Notes under the pieces: model-generated
The model's database searches: none
What the model was told of the DNA's origin: nothing
The model's input: only the letters and a program-made list of their open reading frames with translations
Assembly (NCBI GenBank): GCA_000004695.1
Contig: CM000151.3
Span: 6,240,001-6,304,000, forward strand
Length of the DNA stretch: 64,000 nt
Source: Dictyostelium discoideum
Lineage: Eukaryota
Reading direction: 5' to 3'
In this document: one piece after another, positions 54,711-64,000 of the stretch
How positions within the stretch are numbered: the first letter of the stretch is position 1
Layout of the letters: the number at the start of each line of letters is the position of its first letter
Position numbers and translations under genes: made by a program

Positions 54711-57700
54711 TACAACAACAATTACAACAACAATTAACTCCACAAATGCCAGCAATTGGTTCAACAATTGTACCTGCTTCAAGTTCATTTAAAGCACCAT
54801 CTCAACTTGATCTTTTATCTTCACAAACAAGTACATCATCAATTTCAACTCAATCTGGTGTTTCAAATACATCATCATCATCATCTTCTTCTTCTTCTTC
54901 CTCATCAAGTTCAACATCTACAACAAGTTCAACATTAACTTCAGGAGTTTCAAATGGTGGTGATAATTCAAATATGAATACAATTAATATTTCAAATAAA
55001 GCTCATATGGATGATACAGTTAAATCTTTATCAAAACCAATTGTTGGACTTTCAGATCATAAATTCCCAGAATGGTTAGATATTACAATTTATTGGAGAA
55101 ATGATGAAACTTCAAATGTTGTTGTTGTTGATGATAATGATATTTCTAATGGTATAAATTTAGAAATTAAACAAATATTATTAACTGAACAATCAGCTGG
55201 TAGATTAGATCATTATTTAGAATCTAAATTAGTTACATCAATTCATAATAGGTTATTGAATATTATTGAATCCAAAACCAATGAATGGGTTGAACCTATT
55301 TATAACTATTGGATAAAATCTGTGGATATCGAATATCATAATGAAATTACCAACTCTTTCCAAAACTTTATTCAAGAGTTTAACAGTCATATTTGGGATA
55401 ATAGAAAATATCAAGCATTCTTAAATAGAATTGTAAATCTTCGTAGACAATTCCCACCACCACCATCATCATCACACCAACCAGCACCAAATACACCAGC
55501 ATTGTTAACAACAACCAAAGGTATACCAATACCAATTCAAAAGAATTCCCAACAAGAAGAGATTGAAATGTCAAAGATATTCAAACAACTCGAATTGGAC
55601 ATCATTTATTTGATCTCAGTTCAACATTATTACTCTTTGAAATATATTGAAAAACTTTTAATTGGTACAATGGGTCATACTTCTGCTGATGTTAGACAAT
55701 CTTCAGTACGTTTATTAAATGTTATCTATGATTCCCATACTTGGCAATTTGAAGAACCATTAAAACCAGTAATAAGAGTTATTGGTGATGCTTTTAGAAT
55801 TGAATTAGAATTGGACCAACCATTACCTGAAAATGTATTAAAAAGAATTTATATTACAACAGTTCAACCACCAACTCAAAGATTAACAAACTTTAAATCG
55901 AGTACTATTAAAATTGGTGGTACTTATGGAAAAAATAAACAAAACTTACAATCATCATCAGCAATTTTCACAAAACATAAACCTAAAGTTGATGGTTGTA
56001 AATTATATATAGATTTACCATCATTCTATAGAGCTGGTTATTATGATTGGAGAGTTGTTGAATTAAAATCAAATGGTAAATTTGTTTCATTTGATTTTGA
56101 AACTTTTAAATTAAAATCATCAAAAGATGAAAACTATAAACAAACAGATAGTGCATCATCATCATCATCATCAATTAATGATAATCAACCAATGATATCA
56201 GATGAAAATGAAAAAATTCAAGGTAGATTTATAGTTCATCCAAAATTAAGAGAAGAAATTATGCATGAAGTTTGGGTAGATTTACAAGATTCAATTTGGG
56301 ATCCATATAGAGGTGAAATGACAAAAAAAGGTAGAATTCAAAATTTAATTGATGCTTTAGATCATTATCATCAAGAGGGTATTACTACACTTTATGTTAT
56401 GGGTTTATTAGAGAAATTACCAAGTAATCAACCATTATGTCCAACCGATAGAGATTTAGCAAATCGTTTAATTGGTGGTGATCAAATGTTCTCACAATTG
56501 GTTAATAGAGCTAAACAATTGGGTATAAAGATTGTTATCGATTCAACAACTCGTTTATCATCCAAAGCAGCCCATAGAAAATATAAAGGTGTGGTTTGTC
56601 ATACTTTGGATAATAATGGTCAACTCTCAAGATTGGAAGGTACCGATAGTTCAGAGTTCACTTGGAATGATTGTGTCTCTATGAATATGCGTAAACTTTC
56701 AGTTTGGGAAATGTTTGTTCAAGAGACTTTATTATGGGGTGATCGTGGTGTTGATGGTATTCGTATAGATAGTGCTCATACATGTCCATTGTTATTCAGA
56801 TCGAATTTGGATGAAATGTATCGTTTGGATAGTGATGATTTACCACATTATACCAATCAACAAATCTTTGAGGGTGAAATCGTTATGAAACCATCGGAAG
56901 AAGGTAAAAACTTTGGCTATTGGGGTACAACACCACCCTCACCAAAACATTCAACTCCTTTCTATCCAAATCCAATTTTCATTAAAATGACCAGAGAGGT
57001 TTGGAATCGTTTCCCACAATTTGTATTTCTTGCTGAAGTTTATTGGGATCGTGAATTACATTCAATCATTTCAGGTTTAGTGCCCTATTCTTCTGCAATT
57101 CCAAAAGCATTGGCATCGGTTTTCGATAAAGGTATCAGTAAAGATGGTATTGTTTTCGATTTAAGACAACGTCAATCAGTAAAAGCACTCTATGATTATT
57201 ATGAAATGCGTATGTCAACTTATCCACAAAATTCAATTATTCTCTATCCATCATCGACTCATCACTCTCCATATCCATTACAAATTTACAATGCTGGTGC
57301 GTGGGCTGCCGTCGATCTTATGTATTTCCTACCGGAAATTCCAATTACCTATATTGGTGAACAAAATGGTTGGTACTATCATGTTGATATTCATACAAGT
57401 CGTGTAAAAGTTGGTATGTCTGCAACACCCTATCAATTACAATATCCTCAAATTCGTGGTCATTATGCTCATCGGGTGGCACTTAGAAAATCTCATGCTT
57501 TATTACGTCGTGGTGGTATGATTCCATTGTTATGTTACCATGCAACCGGATGGCATGATCGTGTATTTGGTTTCGCACGTTTCTCTGGTAATGAAGTTGC
57601 AATCATTGCAATCAACTTTGACAATACCGACACGGAATTCTATGTCGATTGTTCACCATTGGCAAAGATTTGTTCAGATGATACAATCTATAGAATGGTG

Positions 57701-59746
57701 GATTTAATTAATCCAAGTAATCCACCACAATATTTATCATTGAACGAACTACTTCATGAAAAACATTTTGTAGTTGTACCAGGTTATTCAAGTATTTGTT
57801 GGGGTATTTATCATCAAGTTGGTTCACCTGCCGCAATGAGAGTACTCTATGAACATTCAATGACTCGTCTAAAACAATTGTTAGCAGATGATGTAGATCC
57901 ATCAAATAATTTAATTTATTCACTTATTAAAAAGAGTTTATCATCAATTGAAGAATTTGGTAAAACTCTTGAAAATATCTTATCAAATCTATCAGGTAAT
58001 ACTGAAAAAACATTTAGTAGTTTTGTTCAATCAGTACTTTACACCTTAACCAAAACCTTTGATGGTGCAACCATATTACAATATTTGGATGTTTTATCAA
58101 AGAAATCTACTCAGTCACCAAAAATTCCAAAGATTTGTCGTGAAATTTTACAACATAATACATTGGGTCCGATTGTATTTGTAACACCAGAGATTGGTCG
58201 TTTCTCAACAGTTGGTGGTGTTGGTGTAATGTTGGATGAATTAACAAGAAGTTTGCAGTTGTTAGGTTGTGAAGTTCATATTATTTCACCTTATTATAAC
58301 TATGGTAAAGGTGGTAGAACTGGTTATTTAGAAAAGGAAGAAGGTATTCGTTGGAAGAGAAATGTTTTAACCTATGTTGGACCAGATCGTGTTGAAGTTG
58401 GTGTTCATGAAGGTATGGATAAAGGTATTCATTTACACTTTTTACATCATTTCGAATACTTCCCAACACCCTATAACTCTGGTTCACCAATTCATCAACT
58501 TAAAACCATTGTATTATTTGCAAAAGCATCATTGGAATTACTTTGTCAATTAAGAATTTTACCATCAGTTGTTGTAACCAATGATTGGTTCACTGGTTTA
58601 GTTCCAGGTTATGCAAAATCGGGTGCATTTGGTACCACTTTCAATGGTACTACATTCTTCCATTTGGTACATAATCTTGAAGAAGCTTATCAAGGTAGAA
58701 TTTATCCTGATAGTGGCGACGATTTAAATTGGATTCATCATCTTCATCGTGAATTGATCGTTGATCCATATTCACATCAACTTTGTTTGAATGCATCAAG
58801 ATGTGCCTTGTTAACTTGTAATAATTGGGGTACCGTATCCAAATCTTATCTCTATGATCTATTAAGAACCAGTCATTTAGCAAATCTTTTACATAGATTC
58901 CCTGAAGCATTTGCTCATTCCAATGGTATTAGAGTAAAAGAAAGAAAACAAGCAATGAAAGCAGTTTCCACCGATCATTGGAGTGCAAAGGCAGAGCTAC
59001 AAAAGAAATATTTTGGATTGGTCGATAAATCAATACCAGTACTTAGTTTTGTTGGTAGAATTGTATTACAAAAGGGTGTTCATTTAATTTTGAATGCCGT
59101 TAGAGAATTGATTGGTCATTATCAAGGTAAAATTCAAATTTTAATTGGTGGTATGGCAAATATGAAAGATCCCTATGCAAGTAGTTGTGCTTGGTCAATG
59201 CAAGCATTGTGTAAACAATTCCCACAATCATTTTGGGCTGACCCTGATTCATTCTTTTCAGATGGTCCATTGGTTAATTTAGGCTCAGATTTTGGTTTAA
59301 TGCCTTCATTATTTGAACCAAGTGGTGTTGTACAACAAGAATACTTTGTTGCTGGTACACCAGTTATCGCTTTCAAAACTGGTGGTCTAAAAGATACAGT
59401 TTTCGAATATAATACCAACACTGAAACTGGAAATGGTTTCACTTTTGAAGCTCATAAACATACAGATTACGTTCAAGCCGTTCATCGTGCCATCAATATT
59501 TTCAATAACACTCATCATTATGAAAAAATTCGTAAATGTGCTGAAGAATCAGTTTTAGATATGTCTGTTGTTGCTGAAGCTTGGGCAAAAGAATTCTCAA
59601 GAATGAGAAGATCAATTTGGTCAACCAATCATCAATTACAAAGACTTAATGAAAAACAATCTACTGAGGTTATTGATAATAGAGATAATCATTCATCATC
59701 AACTCAACCGTTAAATTCTCAAATTAAACAACCACCACAACAATAA
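52325..59746 (+). CDS. Giant fusion protein (2473 aa, single exon): about 1000 aa of S/T/N/Q-rich low complexity, then a GH13 alpha-amylase-like catalytic domain, then a GT5 (starch/bacterial-glycogen-synthase-type) glucosyltransferase domain; alpha-glucan synthase-like
   Basis: GH13-like blocks: GIKIVIDSTTR, GDRGVDGIRIDSAHTCP (region II, Asp nucleophile context), FVFLAEVYWDRE (region III Glu). GT5 blocks: PIVFVTPEIGRFSTVGGVGVMLDELTRSL (KTGGLxDV-like), ...VLSFVGRIVLQKGVHLI..., LFEPSGVVQQEYFVAGTPVIAFKTGGLKDTV (the E...G...TGGL.DTV motif). Confidence 0.8.
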
Positions 59747-60443
59747 AAAAAAAATAATAAAAAAATAGAATTAATAAATAATTATTAAAATCTTAATCAA
59801 AAATTTGAATTCAGGAATTGCATTTGCCTTTCAAAATAAAAAATAAAATAAAAATAAAATAAAAAAAAATTAAAAATCTGAAATTGGATTCGTTCTATTT
59901 TTAACATTTTATTTGAAAAAAAAAAAAATAAAAAAATAAAAAAAAAATAAATAAAAAAAATAAAAACAAAAAAATTAAATAATTTATCTGTCTCCTGCCA
60001 CTCATACCAAAAAAAAAAAAAAAAATGTATCTTTGCATTTTTTTATTTTTAAAACATTTTTCTCTTCAAAGATATTTTTTTTTGTGGAACAGTTTCAAAA
60101 AAAATTTTTTTTTTTTTTTTTTTTTTTAATTTTTTTTTTTGATTTTTTTTTGATTTTTTTTTTTTTTTTTGATTTTTATTCATATTATTTTTATTGTAAC
60201 TGAATCCTTAAGAATAACCTTATGATTTGAATTAATAATAACTAATAATAATTAATAAATAATTTTTTAGAGGAAAAAAAAAAAAAAAAAAAGATCAGAA
60301 AGCTTTTTTTTTATATGTATGTATTGATAGAATAAAAAAAAAAAAAACAAAATAAAATAATTACCAACCAATTAAAGTAAGTTATCTCCCCCACACGTAA
60401 AAGTAAAAATAATTATTTTTATATTTATTATTGTTATTGTTAC

Positions 60444-60528
<85 letters not shown>

Positions 60529-60900
60529 TTATTATTTATTTTTGTTCACTAATGATAATAGTAATGACCGACATAATTCAACACCTCTTAAAATCATCAA
60601 CAAACCAAATTTCTTGCACACACCCACTTTCTTTTTCAAATTTGTATTAAATCTATCTATTTTTTTATTTTTTTTATTTTTTATTTTTTTTATTTTTTTA
60701 TTTATTTTTGAAATAATTGTTAATTACGATTAAGTTGTTATTTCAATTTCATTTCTATAAATATATTTAATTTTTATTTTTTTAAATTTTTTTATTTTTT
60801 ATTTTTTTATTTATTTTTTAAAAAAAAAAAGCTTAATTATAACAAAATTTTTTATTTTTTATTTTATTTTTTTTTTTTAAAAAAATATCATTAAGTAATT

Positions 60901-60909
60901 TTTTTTTTT

Positions 60910-60979
<70 letters not shown>
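60901..60979. repeat. Poly(T) tract of about 75 nt, upstream of the 61145 gene
   Basis: Direct reading. Confidence 0.85.
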
Positions 60980-61144
60980 CATTAACGACCACCTTTTACT
61001 AATCCCAACAATTCTTATAGATATTTAATAGGTTAAAAAAAACAAACAAATTTGTATTATTAAATAAAATAAAAAAAAAAAAACCATTTTAAAAAAAAAA
61101 AAGATAGAATTTTATTTTATTTTTTTTTTTAAAAAATCAAGAAA

Positions 61145-64000
61145 ATGTCAGATGATAAAATTCATTTAAAAGTTAGATTGGTTGATAAGAAAGTTTTTAA
61201 AAAATTTTCATTTTATCCAAAGAAAACAGTTAAAGAGGCAAGATTATTTATAGCGGCCGAATTAGAAGTTGATCCAGATCAATATGGTTTATTCCTTCCA
61301 CCAAAGGATGATCAAAATGGTGTTTGGTTTAGAGATGATTATCCATTAGATTTCTATGGATTAGAGGGAGAGAATGAAAAAGAGGCATTATTATTCACAA
61401 GTAAAGATTCAGCACAGATGGAGTTTGTAGAATTCAAGAAACGTTATAGACCCATCAAAGTTGGTAAAGGTGATAACCAATTCCGTACATTGATGGTAGA
61501 CGACACAATGAACGTATCGGACATTGTAAAGTATGTCTCTACACAGGTGCCCATCTCAAGTGCAATCGATAGGGAGCAATACGACCAAATGAACATGTAT
61601 GAGGTTGAGGAGTTGTCCAACGATATGACCGTCAGGGAGCAGGGTTACGTTGGCGAATGCACCACCAATCTTTTACGTGGCGCCAAGGGTGATCTTGGCC
61701 TTTGCGTGCAAGTTCCTTATTTCGAGGGTTTCATCATGAGAAAGAGGGGTGGTGGTTTGATCAAGGGTTTAAAGAATTGGAACAAACGTTGGTACAGTCT
61801 TAGAAAGAATAAATTACTCTACTTTAAATCAAAATCCGATTCAACAGAGATGGGTTGTATCTTGATGAAAACAGTTCAAACAGTTAGACCTTGTACAGAG
61901 GTTGCCGATATACCATCGAAATATTCAAAGATGTGCTTTGAAATCGTTACACCCGCTAGAACATTTGTAATGTTGGCAAATAATGTTTCTGATATGAAGA
62001 AATGGGTAGAGATATTGGAATCATCTCGTAGAATGTTTGCTTATGAAACTCACTTTTTCGGTGTCGCCAGTAAAAAGATATCAGAAGGTGGTGGTGGTTC
62101 ATTCATCAATGATGACGATGACGATGACGATGATGATGATGAAAATAGTGAAAGAAAAGAACAAAAGAGAAGATTACAAGAACAAAAAATGGAAAAAGAA
62201 CGTCAAGAGAAAGAACGTATTCAAGCAGAAGAGAAAGCACGTCAAGATGAAGTTGAACGTCAAGAACGTATTCGTATTGAACAAGAACAAGCAGAACGTC
62301 AATTCATTGAACAAGAGTTGGCTCGTGCCGAGGAGGAACGTAAAGAACGTATTCGTCAAGAGCAAGAGGAACAAGATCGTCAAGAACAAGAGAGAAGAAG
62401 AATCGAAGAGGAGGAAATGGTTAAATTAATGATTGAAGAAGAGGAGAGAAGAAGAAAACTCGAAGAAAAGAGACAAGAAGATCTTAGAAAGATTCAAGAG
62501 GAACAAGAATTACTCGTGAAACAACAACAAGAATTCATTGCAAAACAACAACAACTCGAACTTGAAAAACAAAGACAACTTCAAGATCAACTCGAAGAAG
62601 ATAGACGTTTGGAGGAATTAATGTTACAAATGGAAATGGATCAAGAAGAACGTATCAAAGTCAAAGAGGAACAAGAACGTCAAGAACAAGAGAAACTCGA
62701 ACTTGCAAAGAAAATGCAAGAAGAGGAAGAGAAATTAAAAGAAGAACAAGAACGTATTCGTTTAGAACAAGAAAGAGTTGAAAAAGAACGTCAAGAAGAA
62801 GAGAAACGTATGGAATTAGAACGTATCGAAGAGGAACGTCTCGAAGCAATTCGTATTGAAAAAGTACGTATTGAAAAGGAGGAACGTGAACGTAAAGAAG
62901 AGGAGGAAAGAAAAGAAAAAGAAAGAAAGAGACAAGAGGAAGAGGAAAGAATTAAAAAAGAACAAGAAGAAAAGATTAGACAATTTGAAGAGGAAAAGAA
63001 GAAACAAGAAGAACTTAGATTAATCGAACAAGAACGTATTCGTGTCGAACAAGAATTAATTAGAAAAGAAAGATTAGAATTAGAAGAAAAACAAAGAATT
63101 GAACAAATTGAAAAAGAACAACAACAACAACTCTTATTATTAGAACAATCAAAACAAAGTGATACCGATAATGAAAATGTTGATATGATGGATGAGTTTG
63201 AACGTGAGGAAGAAGAAAGAGAAAAAGAACAATTAGCTTCAAAGAGACTTCGTTCATTACAAGCTCGTTTAGAAAGTGTTTGTGCAGAGACTCCAGAATT
63301 AAAACTTTTATTATCAGAAGCAATCTTATCTTCACCAGAGAATTTATTACTCTCTTGGGCAAATTATATTGTTAGTGGTATTTCTTCACCATCACTTCAT
63401 TCTTCAAGTAGATCACATATTCAAAGTGAATTATCTTCCTCTACTAGTGGTAGTGGTTTATTAGCTAATAATGGTATATTGTTAAATGATGGTTCATCGG
63501 TTGATTCAAATGGTAGTAACAGTGGTGTTGGTAATAGTATTAATAATGCCAATGGTAGTAGTAGTAATAGTGGTGGTAGAGTATTAAAACCATCAACAGC
63601 ATCAGTAACATTAGTACCATCGACAGCATCTATTGGTTCAAATGCTGGTTGTAGTATTTCAGCAGAGTTATCAAGAGCTTCATTATTATCATCAGGTCAT
63701 CTTGTTGGTTCTCAAGCAGTTTCACTTGTACAATTAAAGAATTTGAAATCATTAGATGCAAACTTGGAAATGTATGCAAATCTTCTCTTCAAATTGGAGC
63801 CACAAGAATTTAGTCTTCAACATTATGTAACATTAACAACCAATGCCGAAAGAGCACAATATATTCATGCATGTTTAGTTAAATTGGGTGTAACCACAAT
63901 AACTGAGGAACAATTACTCTCATCGGATTCCGATCAACATTTGAATGTTTTACTCACAATCTATGAAGAGGTTGGCGGTGAACAATGGAAAGAGGAATTC
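61145..64000 (+). CDS. Partial CDS running off the window: ubiquitin-like/RA-type domain + PH domain, then about 370 aa of E/R/K/Q-rich coiled-coil (trichohyalin-like), then a Ser/Gly-rich region. At least 952 aa; no stop in the window
   Basis: ATG at 61145 (MSDDKIHLKVRLVDKKVFKKFSFYPKKTVKEARLFIAAELEVDP...). The PH domain reads GFIMRKRGGGLIKGLKNWNKRWYSLRKNKLLYFKSKSD...MKKWVEILE. Then ERQEKERIQAEEKARQDEVERQERIRIEQEQAERQ... The frame stays open to base 64000. The ORF track omits it, presumably because no stop lies in the window. Confidence 0.7.
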   Translation, partial: MSDDKIHLKVRLVDKKVFKKFSFYPKKTVKEARLFIAAELEVDPDQYGLFLPPKDDQNGVWFRDDYPLDFYGLEGENEKEALLFTSKDSAQMEFVEFKKRYRPIKVGKGDNQFRTLMVDDTMNVSDIVKYVSTQVPISSAIDREQYDQMNMYEVEELSNDMTVREQGYVGECTTNLLRGAKGDLGLCVQVPYFEGFIMRKRGGGLIKGLKNWNKRWYSLRKNKLLYFKSKSDSTEMGCILMKTVQTVRPCTEVADIPSKYSKMCFEIVTPARTFVMLANNVSDMKKWVEILESSRRMFAYETHFFGVASKKISEGGGGSFINDDDDDDDDDDENSERKEQKRRLQEQKMEKERQEKERIQAEEKARQDEVERQERIRIEQEQAERQFIEQELARAEEERKERIRQEQEEQDRQEQERRRIEEEEMVKLMIEEEERRRKLEEKRQEDLRKIQEEQELLVKQQQEFIAKQQQLELEKQRQLQDQLEEDRRLEELMLQMEMDQEERIKVKEEQERQEQEKLELAKKMQEEEEKLKEEQERIRLEQERVEKERQEEEKRMELERIEEERLEAIRIEKVRIEKEERERKEEEERKEKERKRQEEEERIKKEQEEKIRQFEEEKKKQEELRLIEQERIRVEQELIRKERLELEEKQRIEQIEKEQQQQLLLLEQSKQSDTDNENVDMMDEFEREEEEREKEQLASKRLRSLQARLESVCAETPELKLLLSEAILSSPENLLLSWANYIVSGISSPSLHSSSRSHIQSELSSSTSGSGLLANNGILLNDGSSVDSNGSNSGVGNSINNANGSSSNSGGRVLKPSTASVTLVPSTASIGSNAGCSISAELSRASLLSSGHLVGSQAVSLVQLKNLKSLDANLEMYANLLFKLEPQEFSLQHYVTLTTNAERAQYIHACLVKLGVTTITEEQLLSSDSDQHLNVLLTIYEEVGGEQWKEEF

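Noticed and set aside
62037-62429. 130-aa plus ORF and 62174..63362 minus ORFs
   Set aside because: They are out-of-frame or antisense readings of the E/R/K coiled-coil repeat region of the 61145 gene.

Overview
This 64-kb window is eukaryotic nuclear DNA, not a prokaryotic island, and I see no defence-island-type system in it. It is roughly 75-80% A+T with homopolymer-rich intergenic DNA. Coding regions carry long (AAT)n/(CAA)n tracts giving poly-Asn/Gln runs. Introns are short, AT-rich, with GTAAGT/GTATGT/GTAAAT donors and (T)nAG acceptors. A Spalten-like gene (G-alpha fused to PP2C) points to a dictyostelid social amoeba, most likely Dictyostelium discoideum. Reading both strands, I can support about 24 protein-coding genes. 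Fifteen of them are multi-exon; I rebuilt their exon structures by hand from the ORF track plus splice-site and phase logic, so junction coordinates may be off by a base or two and the ORF track under-calls them. Genes with clear homologs: Cdc123 (D123), ERG28, TypA/BipA GTPase (mitochondrial presequence), CCT8 (chaperonin theta), diphthine synthase DPH5, RNA 3'-phosphate cyclase RtcA, nucleoporin Nup35/53, a GNAT acetyltransferase, a TBC-RabGAP+EF-hand protein, a PH+FYVE protein, a PWWP protein, a LisH protein, a MAST/Greatwall-like AGC kinase, and Spalten (SpnA). The unusual architectures are these: (1) a papain-like cysteine protease whose propeptide is replaced by an SCP/CAP/PR-1 domain, next to a divergent gene encoding a membrane-anchored free-standing I29-like propeptide domain; (2) a 2473-aa GH13 amylase-like + GT5 glucan-synthase fusion protein with a 1000-aa low-complexity head; (3) an MRH-domain protein with 15-aa tandem repeats and a GPI signal; (4) a ~570-bp imperfect foldback with 180-bp arms; (5) a hairpin with 24-bp tandem units in a 2.7-kb gene desert; (6) recurrent GT/CA-rich islands in intergenic DNA; (7) 96-nt poly(A) and 75-nt poly(T) tracts. 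No tRNA, rRNA or CRISPR features were recognisable.
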